Positions 40,683-50,642 of a stretch of 64,000 bases of DNA are shown here, piece after piece. The notes under the pieces were generated by a model. That model saw only the letters and a program-made list of their open reading frames with translations. It was not told where the DNA came from and did no database searches. The stretch spans positions 1,184,001-1,248,000 of the forward strand of contig OY821645.1 in NCBI GenBank assembly GCA_963682135.1, in the 5' to 3' direction. Position 1 is the stretch's first letter, and every line of letters starts with the position of its first letter. The stretch is from Methanothrix sp. (lineage in GTDB: Archaea > Halobacteriota > Methanosarcinia > Methanotrichales > Methanotrichaceae). Position numbers and translations under genes: made by a program.

Positions 40683-40910
40683 TTATAGGTCTGCAACTTC
40701 GACACGAACCTTTCCGATGAAAAGGCTCTCTTCAATTGGAGCCGCTAACTGATTCTCTTTTGAGGCGATCAGATGGGATTCGATGGCCTCCTTAGTGTTA
40801 TGCAGGGTTTCATCGATGGTCTCACCCTGAGAGTAGCAGCCCGGAAGTGCAGGAATCTCAGCCCAAAAGCCTCCCTCCTCTGCCTGATGTATCAGAATCG
40901 TGTATTCCAT
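40683..40910 (-). CDS. hicB: HicB antitoxin
   Basis: EEGGFWAEIPALPGCYSQGET. Confidence 0.9.
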   Translation of the reverse strand: MEYTILIHQAEEGGFWAEIPALPGCYSQGETIDETLHNTKEAIESHLIASKENQLAAPIEESLFIGKVRVEVADL

Positions 40911-40917
40911 TGTCCAA

Positions 40918-41142
40918 TCACTCCGTTAGAAGCATAATGAATTCATCATCGCCCAACCCGGCCGTTCTTATCGCAGACTTCAGGAGGCCTATCTTCAAAT
41001 CACCTGTGACAGGAATGGTTATTAGTTGCCCATCGGACATCTTTATGTTCACGTGATCGCCCTTCCCACGCCGCACAACTCCCCACGCTTTGATAAAGTC
41101 TTTGATCGCTTCCTTGCCGCTCACGCTTCTTAACAGGCTCAC
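40918..41142 (-). CDS. hicA: HicA toxin
   Basis: GTG start; VSGKEAIK, RGKGDH, ITIP, LKIGLLKSAIR. Confidence 0.85.
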   Translation of the reverse strand: MSLLRSVSGKEAIKDFIKAWGVVRRGKGDHVNIKMSDGQLITIPVTGDLKIGLLKSAIRTAGLGDDEFIMLLTE

Positions 41143-41212
41143 TGTGAATCCGTCCAGAACTGCTATAGACTCTTGCATTATTGTGGCTGTTTTTATACAT
41201 GTAGCTTTCGTA

Positions 41213-41570
41213 GAACAGTGATTCGGCTCGAATGGTCTGCATGCAGCTCTACGTCTGCGGTTACTAATTATCTTCCGATTCCGGGCCAATGGCGAACGAA
41301 CCCAACCACAAAGAGCACAAAGGCCTTTTCGGGATACGAATAACTGCATCATCCAGGCGATTGCAGAAGCCGTCCATCCCCTAGAAGATCCATGCGGTCG
41401 CTGCATGCCAGTGCCCTGGCAGGCCCCCGCTTCGCAAATCTGCCGACTCACGTATGACGTGGACGCTCGTGGCTGCCTGGGGCCTTAGCGGCTGCAGGCT
41501 GCCCACCGGGCCGGGCCTCGCTTCGGGATGCGGCTCGGGCTCGGGACATCCATGCACGCACTTGCATCTG
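41213..41570 (+). repeat. two segments of the GC-rich repeat family (tail segment 41213-41325; head segment 41495-41570)
   Basis: TTCGGCTCGAATGGTCTGCA...CCAACCACAAAG and GGGCCGGGCCTCGCTTC...CTCGGGCTCGGG match 47000-47215 and 48241-48415. Confidence 0.7.
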
Positions 41571-41900
41571 GTCACATGAAACACCATGAGCACTGTTTCA
41601 GCCGAGGGTCAGTGTGCAATGCCTTGCCGAATGATAAGGTGCAGAGGATGCGAACCCCAACCATCTTTTCTAGAACTTGAGATCATATTATGAATAATTG
41701 TTCGAAAATTTTACTAAAATGAAATCCCTAATAGTTCGATTCGATATTATTTATAGTATTAAAATTTATCACATACATATTATGGTTGTACCCCATCTTG
41801 GTTTTGGTGACTCATTCAAATCCTTGCGATCTGCATATCCCAAGATGCTCATATTGAAAGCAATAATTAAATACGGGCAATAAGAATCCAAAGGACAACT

Positions 41901-43538
41901 ATGGATATCACTGCCTTAGATGGATTACTTGAGGATGCATCGAAATACTATCAGGAGCTAAATTATAATAATGCTCTGGAAAAAGTCAATGAGGCTTTAG
42001 CTTTGGATAAAACCAGTAAGCGAGCAAGAGAGTTGAAGGCATGCATATTAATAGAATCATGGGATGGATCTAATCATACTCAAGCCCAAATTATGGAAGC
42101 AGTTTCTCATTTTAATGCATTAATGATAGAAGACCCTGATAATAAATGGAATTCCCTGTCTAATATAGGAAATGCTTATTTTAAATTAGCAGAATCTAAA
42201 TTAATAATTAAAAGAGATAAACTAAATAAAGAGGCCATCGATGACCTGATGGAAGCAAAAGATTTTTATGATAAATCACTAGAATTAAATGAAGATCAAC
42301 CACATATATGGGTTAATAAAGGTAACTTGCTAGATTATATTGGAAGACATTTAGAGGCAATTGAGAGTTATGATAGGGCTTTATTAATTAATGACAAACA
42401 TTACAATGCAGGGGGAAATAGAGGTTTCTGCTGCTGGACACTATCGAATTTGGTCAAAAATGAAGCGGATAAAAGACTCCTTTATGTCCACGCAATGAAA
42501 TATATTGGCATAGAATTAATGCTATATCCGGATTTCCTCATATCGGATGAACTTAAAGCCAATGTTAAAAAATATTTATCTAAGCATGAGATTGAAACTG
42601 ATCTGAATACTACTATTAAAGAACAACTGCCAAAGAAAAAAACGCTTCTTGAGGAGGATTTCAATCTTTATGAGATCAATGGATTAAGTTTCGAAAAATT
42701 CTTTTATGCTTTTTGTGAAAAGGAAAATTTTTTCTTAAATATTCATTTCGACTGCAACAACTGCGGGTCCAGCCACTTAGATCTAATTGAATTTAGTTTC
42801 ACAACTGCAATAGATGAACACAAACAAGATTATAAATTTTTTAAGAGACTTTATAATATATTGGATAGTTACACTACAGCTCGTTTTCTCTTAGCATTAG
42901 CCCAATACAGAGGTAAAGACTTCTTATTCTTGGATAAACAACGCTATGAACCAGACTACAGCCTAAATTATTTGCATAATGTAGAATTACTCAAAGAAAG
43001 CTTTACAATAATAATGAATATTTGTGATAAAATAGCATTCTTTTTAAAAGATTATGAAAGATTAACCAAAAAGGATGGAGAAGAGATAGACGATAAATAT
43101 ATATCTTTCTGGTCACCAAGAAGTATTTTTACTGTTACAGATATTTTAATTAAGAATAAGTATCAAGCAGATCTTGTAGCAATGGATACTATTCGAAAGG
43201 ATTTTGAAAAAGGTGAATTCATGAATTTAAGAATGGTGAGGGATTTTCTTGTACACAGATACTTCATACTACATGATATAATAGATCCGAAAGAACTCAC
43301 TTATCCCTATGACCCTAAAAAGGAACCTCTAGATGATCTTGATTATCATAATGATATTGGCAATTTCTACAGAATTACAAAGAAATCATTGAGATTAATG
43401 AGAAATTTGCTCTTTTCATTATCATTTTTTGTACAATATAAAGAATCCCAAAAAATATCCAAGATAAAAGGCCCTGTTGCCAAAATGTATTGGAGCCATG
43501 CAGATGAAGAAATGAATGCAGATAAGGATAAGAAATGA
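41901..43538 (+). CDS. TPR + LA2681-like HEPN protein
   Basis: TPR WVNKGNLL; ICDKIAFFL; RDFLVH (Rx4H); AT-rich. Confidence 0.75.
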   Translation: MDITALDGLLEDASKYYQELNYNNALEKVNEALALDKTSKRARELKACILIESWDGSNHTQAQIMEAVSHFNALMIEDPDNKWNSLSNIGNAYFKLAESKLIIKRDKLNKEAIDDLMEAKDFYDKSLELNEDQPHIWVNKGNLLDYIGRHLEAIESYDRALLINDKHYNAGGNRGFCCWTLSNLVKNEADKRLLYVHAMKYIGIELMLYPDFLISDELKANVKKYLSKHEIETDLNTTIKEQLPKKKTLLEEDFNLYEINGLSFEKFFYAFCEKENFFLNIHFDCNNCGSSHLDLIEFSFTTAIDEHKQDYKFFKRLYNILDSYTTARFLLALAQYRGKDFLFLDKQRYEPDYSLNYLHNVELLKESFTIIMNICDKIAFFLKDYERLTKKDGEEIDDKYISFWSPRSIFTVTDILIKNKYQADLVAMDTIRKDFEKGEFMNLRMVRDFLVHRYFILHDIIDPKELTYPYDPKKEPLDDLDYHNDIGNFYRITKKSLRLMRNLLFSLSFFVQYKESQKISKIKGPVAKMYWSHADEEMNADKDKK

Positions 43539-43670
43539 GCTTTGAGAAGGCTGTATCCATCGCAGTCTTATGAGCTATCAAGTAGAGGCACATATTGCTG
43601 TACCTTGATAGCTTTACCACAAAGGGCTCAGGTTTCCTGCTAGTTCGCTCGCCCGCCAGGCCCCCCGCAC

Positions 43671-43932
43671 TCAGGATTCGCCCCCCGTGCCTTTCTTCTT
43701 GCCGACCTCATCCGCCCGAAAAGGTACACCCCGCCGCTCCAGCTCCGCCAGCAGCTCCTCCATGAACACGCCCCGCCCGCTCACGCGCGCGTGCTCGGCT
43801 GCGCCCGGCAGCCCGCCCGTGTAGCCGCTGCTCGTCGTCTGAACGCCGCAGCTGGGGCTGCCCCCCATGCTCACATACTGTTCGATCAGGGCGCGACAGA
43901 AGCGGCGAAACTAGGGCACATCAAGCTGATTT
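43671..43932 (-). pseudogene. 3' copy of the DUF523-like gene at 52744-53262
   Basis: GSPSCGV.TTSSGYTGG...GRGVFMEELLAELERRGV.FRADEVGKKKGTGGES*. Confidence 0.9.
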
Positions 43933-43994
43933 GCCATAAAATTCAAGGAGCAATGCTTTTGTGTACACGCATCCAAAAGTAATCAGGTGATGGT

Positions 43995-44156
43995 ATGACG
44001 GACCGGACATCTAACGCTGCAAAATTTGATCCAGAAAATCCTTTGCCCTATGGCGGTACCACTAACATTCTCGGCAATATCATCCAGGTAATTACTAAAG
44101 AGGAACATGATGCAATGCTCGTCAAGGTAAGGAGAGCTTTCGGGAAGAAGAGATGA
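43995..44156 (+). CDS. 53-aa hypothetical protein (possible antitoxin)
   Basis: AGGTGA RBS; ATGA overlap with a short MTDFTIDT ORF. Confidence 0.45.
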   Translation: MTDRTSNAAKFDPENPLPYGGTTNILGNIIQVITKEEHDAMLVKVRRAFGKKR

Positions 44157-44201
44157 CAGACTTCACAATCGATACGGATTTGCTCTTCCTTGCTATGGCT
44201 A

Positions 44202-44489
44202 TTACACCCTTTGCCGATACGGCCACCATGAAGCAGAAAGCAGGATGTCATTCGCCTTCTCTCTGAGAAGTGAGATTGCCGTATCATCATCATGCAATTG
44301 GCGGCATAGCTGCTCATAGTTTGTAAAATGATGCCGCCCATAGCTGAGCAGCTGCTGAATTGAAGGACGTGGGGTGCCGTAGTGCCTGGAGACCTCGTTA
44401 TAGAAATCTCTGGGTGTAGACGTTATTTTGACATGGCAGTTATATGCCCGTATAAGGGACTTATGGTCATACGATGATTTCGCAGGCAT
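44202..44489 (-). CDS. hypothetical protein
   Basis: 95-aa ORF with RHHFTNYEQL motif, lying between two repeat copies. Confidence 0.45.
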   Translation of the reverse strand: MPAKSSYDHKSLIRAYNCHVKITSTPRDFYNEVSRHYGTPRPSIQQLLSYGRHHFTNYEQLCRQLHDDDTAISLLREKANDILLSASWWPYRQRV

Positions 44490-44701
44490 ATTTGCCGTCC
44501 TTGCTCAATAAGACACCGTCGAGATAGCAGTATTCTTAAAGGTTCCTATTGCCTAACCCCCTTTGCTGGAATAGAGTTTGAGTCAGAATTGCCAGTAAAT
44601 CATTTAGGGAAGGTATCAATGATTGCCCACATGCCACGGATTAGTTTTTTGAGAGTGATGGGACATTCATCCAGAATACCTTCATGCACCGGCTCCCGCT
44701 C

Positions 44702-44825
44702 TCAGGATTCGCCCCCATGCCATTCTTCTTGCCGACCTCATCAGCCGAAAAGGCCACACCTCGCCCGCTCACGTGCATGTGCTCAGCTGCGCACGGCAGC
44801 CCGCCCGTAGCTACGGTTCGTCGTC
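44702..44825 (-). pseudogene. short 3' copy of the DUF523-like gene
   Basis: TCAGGATTCGCC...CTTCTTGCCGACCTCATC...CGCCCGCTCACGTG matches 52744-52865. Confidence 0.85.
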
Positions 44826-44854
44826 TGCATCATCTCCTCACACATTGCCATCAT

Positions 44855-46219
44855 TCACTCCCTTCCCGGATCGCTGACTCTGCCTATGAACAGGATAGTT
44901 CCGGTCTCTTTATCCTGGATAAAGAAAATAAATGGGTGATCTGCCCAGAAGTCTGGCGGGCCGTAGCCCGGCATACATGCCATCACATTATAAGCCCCAG
45001 TAGCTGCTGCTGCTTCCGTTCCCTGTTCGTTGACATCCACAAACGATTGATGAATTACATCGCTTATGAATAGGTCGGTTCGGCCATTGATTCCTGAAAA
45101 GTCTGCACCTGGCGTGAATGTGGTCTGCATTCCTAAATCTTTAAGATCATCCGTCAGAGAATACTTGGATGAGAAACTGAACTTTGGAATACGAACGTCA
45201 CCAACTTCGATCTCAACAAGACTCTTTCTCCACTGCATGAGCCTCTCTAAAGATAGAGATTTCTCCAGAGATGAAGTATTGTTGCCCGCAGGCAATAGAA
45301 TTATCATTGAGAGTCTCTTGCCCTTGTATGGAAGCTCAAGCACCTGCGTATCATTTGTCTCATTATAATTGAATTGCCGTCCGCTCGAATAAAGTTCCAT
45401 CATAGGAATCTTTATGATCCTACCATCGCTTGTTGTGAAATCCCGTTCCTGCGTCATGTTTTTATCGAACGATTCGTCCCACATGCCCTTAAAGTAGACC
45501 GCATTGGTTATCAGAAGCTGAGTGTCTGGACTAATATGAGAAATTAGGTTCTTTATTCTGTTGCCGGTCCGGCTTTCGACCCAGGAATTTATCATCAATT
45601 TTGCATCATCAGGCGCTCCTTTGAAATCCACATTCCTGGCAACGCCGTGGTAATATCGATCTATGTCGGCGGCAAAATTGGGCTGCAGAGGATCCTCTTT
45701 ATCGACCCAAAGGGCGTTGGCCGTTGAAAGCGTATACTCCGCATCAATGGCATTGAACTTATCGTAGGCAGAAGCAAACGAAATCTTACATTGGCTATCG
45801 TTCTCTGGGAAATGCATCACCGGCCGCATTTCTTCCGCGGTCTTGCCTCTTGCGCCTTCATTAGCCATAGCCAGGGCGGAATAGATGCTCCAGGGCGAAA
45901 AGAACACATTTACATTTTGCCCCCCCAGCTCAGAGAAAAGGTCCAGAGCGAACTTGTTATTTCCATTAGCCAAATCTGAAATGTTCCATTGATCACTCTT
46001 AGATGAGGTTGCTGGCATTTGCCCTATCGGAACATTGCTCTGATTATTTTTTGGAATTATTGCTGATATTTCCTTTTTCGAGATGTCCCCTTGACTGTGA
46101 GGTGTGTCGGATGTTGGTGCCTGCCTTATGGAAACGCATCCACTCATCACCACAGAAAAGAGCAATAAAACTATTACGACAAGCGATAAGGAATATTTAT
46201 CCGATCTGCCCAACGACAT
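44855..46219 (-). CDS. serpin family lipoprotein
   Basis: Lipobox MSGC; FFSPWSI, NAVYFKG.W, EQGTEAAAAT hinge, ADHPFIFFI. Confidence 0.95.
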   Translation of the reverse strand: MSLGRSDKYSLSLVVIVLLLFSVVMSGCVSIRQAPTSDTPHSQGDISKKEISAIIPKNNQSNVPIGQMPATSSKSDQWNISDLANGNNKFALDLFSELGGQNVNVFFSPWSIYSALAMANEGARGKTAEEMRPVMHFPENDSQCKISFASAYDKFNAIDAEYTLSTANALWVDKEDPLQPNFAADIDRYYHGVARNVDFKGAPDDAKLMINSWVESRTGNRIKNLISHISPDTQLLITNAVYFKGMWDESFDKNMTQERDFTTSDGRIIKIPMMELYSSGRQFNYNETNDTQVLELPYKGKRLSMIILLPAGNNTSSLEKSLSLERLMQWRKSLVEIEVGDVRIPKFSFSSKYSLTDDLKDLGMQTTFTPGADFSGINGRTDLFISDVIHQSFVDVNEQGTEAAAATGAYNVMACMPGYGPPDFWADHPFIFFIQDKETGTILFIGRVSDPGRE

Positions 46220-46264
46220 AAAATCTTATTGCCACTTTTAATTATTCAAGATTTCGATCCTTCC

Positions 46265-46453
46265 CCAATCCAGTTCCGCCAGCATCAGCTCCATGAACAC
46301 GTCCCGCCCACTCACTTGCGCGCTGGCGGAGCCTGCTCCCGTGGGCAGCCCGCCCGTGTAGCCGCTGCTTGTAGTAACAACGCCATAGATGGGGCTGCCC
46401 GCCAGGCCCACGATGCAGAGGCGCGTCCCCTGGCGGGCCAGCATCTTTAAGAG
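46265..46453 (-). pseudogene. internal/3' copy of the DUF523-like gene
   Basis: MLARQGTRLCIVGLAGSP..GV.TTSSGYTGG essentially identical to the intact gene. Confidence 0.88.
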
Positions 46454-46541
46454 AAGGATATGCCGGCTTCTTCGGAGGCGGTCTGCTTATGAGCATGGAT
46501 GATCGTCAGTCTTTAAATATCATGAATCGGAAGTAATAGCT

Positions 46542-46900
46542 ATGCTTGAGAGTGTGGAGCGCAAGAGCCGGACGATAGAGCTCCCTTATGATATGGAAGA
46601 AGAAGATGTCACCATAGGGCTAATGAAACTCTCCGAGCTATCGCTGCATGACTTCTTGTCGAGAGAGCCGGATATCTACACGGATAAAGATCCCAATAAC
46701 TCTATCCGCAAATGATATATTGATAACAAGGGGGGACGCCCTCCTTTGAAGAGTCCGGCTTGATTCACAATTCTGTCATCAAAATAAATAAAATCACAAC
46801 GATAAAGACACATTTCATCGCGGTTCTGCTTGGATCTGCCGACGAAAGCTTGCAAGGGCAGATCAATCGGGCCCTGGATGCATGCTTGAAGTTCCCAGCA
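46542..46900 (+). pseudogene. MazE-like antitoxin plus internally deleted PemK/MazF toxin
   Basis: LMKLSELSLHDFLSREPDIYTD (46542-46715), then SFEESGLIHNSVIKINKITTIK..LLG..INRAL. Confidence 0.6.
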
Positions 46901-46997
46901 TTTCCAAATCTATAATAATTTTATACAGTCATCTTGTTAAACTGCTGGACAAAGATGCACAAGCCCCCCCGTGGGCTCCCTGGTGCCTTGACAGGGA

Positions 46998-47388
46998 AAG
47001 GGCAGCCCCCCGGGCCGGCCTCGCTTCCCGACGACGTTCCTCGGGCTCGGGGCCCGCCTGCGTGCGCTCGTGTGCTGGCGCAGGAGGCCGAATGAGCAGT
47101 GTTTCGGTTCGAATGGTTTGCAAGTAGCGTTCGGTCTGTGGTTACTATTATCACCATCTTGCTGACCGACAGGTAACGACTCCAACCACAAAGATCACGA
47201 AGCTCACAAAGGACGCACAAAGACTTTTTTCAGGGACATTTGACCTATTACCCAATCCTAAAAGCGCATGATAATCACTCGATCGTCGCAGGCTCGCTCA
47301 TGTGGGCTGTCTGGGCCTTGGCTGTCGCTCCTCGGACACGGGGCCCGCCTGCGCGCGCATGTGTGCGGGCGGGGGAGGCCGATCCGGC
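46998..47388 (+). repeat. two GC-rich hairpin repeat copies (46998-47215 and 47302-47388)
   Basis: Core CCCGCCTGCG.GCGC..GTGTGC.GGCG; 47344-47373 forms a 14-bp stem. Confidence 0.8.
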
Positions 47389-47533
47389 AGACTATGTGGT
47401 TGGCGCAATGCCAGACAGCTGTGGAGATCCAGTCGATCATATGGAAAGATACTTTATATTATTATGTTTAATAGTAGTTCCTGTTTATCAAGAAATAATG
47501 ATCTAAAAGCCATTAAACAAGAAATGAGGCTGG

Positions 47534-47797
47534 ATGATGACGGAAGCTGTGTCCATCAAGAATGCCGAATGCAACCTAGAAGAGCTTCTCAAAGGACTGC
47601 CATTCGGAGAATCCATCACGCTGACTGGCCCGGAAGGCAGACCAGTTGCCCTGTTAGTCTCGCTGAAATCAGGAAATGCTGAGCGAAAGCCGATTTCAGA
47701 CTGGGATGCTCAAATGGATGAATTGGCCCAGAAGGTGAGCCGCGCCTGGAAAGGAGAAAAGAGTGCCGTAGAGGTTCTCTCGGAGATGCGAAGGTGA
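47534..47797 (+). CDS. Phd/YefM-like antitoxin
   Basis: VSIKNA..L.ELL..GESITLT..GRPVALL; GTGA overlap with the PIN gene. Confidence 0.75.
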   Translation: MMTEAVSIKNAECNLEELLKGLPFGESITLTGPEGRPVALLVSLKSGNAERKPISDWDAQMDELAQKVSRAWKGEKSAVEVLSEMRR

Positions 47798-48216
47798 GAA
47801 TCACCATTGATGCCAGCATCTTTGTTTCATCTGCTCGATCTGATGAGCCAAATTATCTTTTGAGCAGAAAATTTCTTCGAGATGCGCGGTCCATGGAGGT
47901 CTATTGTCCCACACTCGCCCTGGCAGAATGCGCCGCTGCCATTGCCAGGCAAACCAGTGATCCATATCTGGCCTGGGAGCTTGTCAGCATGATCGAGGAT
48001 TTTCCTGGAATAGAGCTGATCTCGCTTGATCTCCTGCTGGCCAGAAGGGCAGCGGAAATCGCAGTAGAGCATCGCCTGCGGGGTGCCGATGCGACATATG
48101 TCGCCGTTGCTAATGCGTTTGATGCCGCTCTGATCTCATGGGATCAAGAGATGCTGAAGCGATGCCCGGCAGCAGTGGCAACAATGACACCGGCGGAATG
48201 GTGTGGGGATCGATGA
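47794..48216 (+). CDS. vapC: VapC PIN toxin
   Basis: ITIDASIFV, LAE, LRGADATYVA, ISWD. Confidence 0.9.
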   Translation: MRITIDASIFVSSARSDEPNYLLSRKFLRDARSMEVYCPTLALAECAAAIARQTSDPYLAWELVSMIEDFPGIELISLDLLLARRAAEIAVEHRLRGADATYVAVANAFDAALISWDQEMLKRCPAAVATMTPAEWCGDR

Positions 48217-48240
48217 TCGGCAAGAAGCTCTTTGGCAGCA

Positions 48241-48415
48241 GTGGGCTGCCCTCGGTCCGGGCCTCGCACGGGGGTGCCGCTCGGGCTCGGGGCCCGCATG
48301 CGAGCACTCGTGTGCGGGCGGGGGTGGCAGGATGAGCAGTATTTCGGCCCGATGGTCTGCATTCAGCGTCCTGTCGATTGACGGCGAACGAATCCAACTA
48401 CAGAGCGCACAGAGA
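48241..48415 (+). repeat. GC-rich hairpin repeat, full-length copy
   Basis: CTCGGGCTCGGGGCCCGCATGCGAGCACTCGTGTGCGGGCGGGGG..GATGAGCAGT.TTTCGG. Confidence 0.8.
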
Positions 48416-48651
48416 ATTCTTGTCGAGAACATCCCGCAGTACAAAAATTCTAAACAATGTTTTATTGATGCTGATTATAGTGAGCTAAACATGCAGCAGT
48501 TAACTTTATAAGTTCAATCGACTCACAAGATTTGGTGGGACTGCTATGAAAGGGTCTATATTTGATTCATTCACATGTCGCGAACAAGCAATCCCGGATA
48601 ATTTAACACCCCAAGATGAATGCACCTATATTAAAGAAAGAATCAGTAAAA

Positions 48652-49373
48652 ATCAAACTGCGTGCGGCCACCCCACCCTAAAGGGATGGGGTATGCTTCG
48701 GGCCGCACGCACGCCCAGTTAGCTGGAGATCAGAAATCATCGAGCCTTCTTTGCCCAGATTCCTTTGATCTGCAAAATTGCGATTCTGCTTTTGTTTTCC
48801 CCTGAGATTCCTTAATATAGTGCTTTATTGTGTCAGCAGTCACATTTCCGACGGATCGAAAGAATTTGCCACTTGACCACAAGCTTCCGCCCCAATATCT
48901 TTTTTTCAATTCGGGATGAAGCTTGAACATTCTATATGAACTACCTCCTTTCAAAAATTGAACGACTCTTGATAGAGAAGAGCTCGGGTGGAATTCCAGA
49001 AACAAGTGAACATGATCGTCTACAATTTCCATTGCATGAATTTTATAGCCTTGCTCCATGCAAATATTGATGAGAATTAGCTCGCAATCCTTTTTAACTC
49101 GCTTATCATAGAATATCTTGTATCGATACTTTGGCACCAGTACGATGTGGTAGGTAATTTGACCATAGCCATGGCTAAAACTGCGCAATTCCAACGCTTA
49201 TCACATCCTAGCCATAGGTGGGTGGCACCACCTGTGGCTAAAGTGCCAAATACGATTTCATTTTAAAAGAAGCAACGGTTGATCGATATGAATTAACGCA
49301 AAAAACGGCGAGGGTTCACTTCATCCCCAACCTGAAGGTTGGGGTATTCGTGACCCTCCGCACTCCAGATGTA
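48652..49373 (-). mobile_element. IS200-type insertion sequence (tnpA only); ends approximate
   Basis: Subterminal hairpins 48671-48691 and 49325-49344; inserted next to TTTAT on the minus strand. Confidence 0.88.
48730..49194 (-). CDS. tnpA: IS200/IS605 HUH transposase
   Basis: YHIVLVPKYR, DHVHL, LKGGSS, LWSSG, IKHYI. Confidence 0.95.
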   Translation of the reverse strand: MELRSFSHGYGQITYHIVLVPKYRYKIFYDKRVKKDCELILINICMEQGYKIHAMEIVDDHVHLFLEFHPSSSLSRVVQFLKGGSSYRMFKLHPELKKRYWGGSLWSSGKFFRSVGNVTADTIKHYIKESQGKTKAESQFCRSKESGQRRLDDF

Positions 49374-50113
49374 ATAAAAATAGAAGAGATATTTCAATAA
49401 TTTTGGTTTTTCTTATTCCAATTATTTTAATCTTATTTATAGTATTCTTTAAAGATCCACTTGATCACTTGAATCTTCTCTTTTTAACTTATATATATGC
49501 AATGGGATTTTGGATTTATTTCATATTTTTAATATTTAAATCTTCGAATTATATACATAATTTTGAGTCGCAGCTTAGAGATATAGAAAATGAAATTGAT
49601 TTAGCAGCGATCGATTTAGATTCGATTGAAAAAAGAGCAGAAAAACTATTTAAGCTCCACCGATATGAATTAGATAAATATTACACTCAAAACCTCCGAC
49701 AAGGAAATCAAATATTTATAATGGGATTTATTTTCTTTATTGTTGGCTTTATTATTGTATCAGGATCAATATATATAATAACTTATGAGGGTGTGGATGA
49801 AGATCGTTCGGTTTTTATAGCTGGTTTGGGTGCCATTGGGACAATCCTCTCCAACTTCATTGCAGCTATTTACATTAAGATGTTCTCAGAGACTGCTAAA
49901 ACGTCAACTCAATTTCATAACCGATTAGTTACCACGCACAATTTAATGTTTAGTAACTTTATAAGTTCCAAGATAAGTGATAAAACTCTTCGTGAAAATA
50001 CATATAGTTCAATCGCTGGCAATTTAGCCAAGCTTACCCGATCTACAGAAGACGACTCGAATAAGTAAAATCTATTGATCTACAATCTTCAAATTCTAAA
50101 GATAATTCCATTC

Positions 50114-50440
50114 TGGGGTGTGATAGCTCTCAAGGGTGACACGCCGGAGTATGTGCGCAGGATGCAACCGGAGTTGTTTGAGGCTATAGCACCGGGCGAG
50201 AAGCAGAGAGGAGCTCAGTATTGTAGAGCCAATGGCAAAAGAGGTTCGCGATAGTTACATGGATGGACTTGAGAACACGGATGTAAAAGATCTCGCGATC
50301 CATCGCAAGGTGAGTAGGGTGAGCTATTCGCAAAGATGCGCCGATGGATCGGCAGTGCAGGAATATCAGAAACGCGGATTACCTCTGGCTCTGGGCATGA
50401 GTATGCAGCCAAATGGAAAGTTGATGCGGAGAGAGATATG
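50114..50440 (+). pseudogene. C-terminal remnant of a PolB2-type DNA polymerase
   Basis: KGDTPEYVRRMQ.ELF, LAIHRKVSR.SYSQRCA, G..LALGM, with frameshifts. Confidence 0.6.
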
Positions 50441-50642
50441 GGCTATAGGGTGTTCTTACTATAAACTGCATAGAAAAAAAGGATTATAGTATAATTGGAG
50501 AAACGACCGATATAACTCATATTGGTCATATTAGTCATTTCTATAACCTACTGCATGGAAAGAAAGATGGATCAATCGAGAAGGATGATGAAATAGCCCA
50601 TACGACCAATACAATACCTGCATCTCGGTTTTCAATTCCGCA

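Larger units (their letters stand above)
48546..50068 (+). pseudogene. membrane protein gene interrupted by IS200 (5' part 48546-48651; 3' part 49374-50068)
   Basis: MKGSIF...ERISKN rejoins in frame with KNRRDISIILVFL; several TM helices. Confidence 0.65.

Noticed and set aside
40545-48415. CRISPR array or classical integron
   Set aside because: The repeats are long, degenerate and irregularly spaced; no cas or intI gene and no clear attC core sites.
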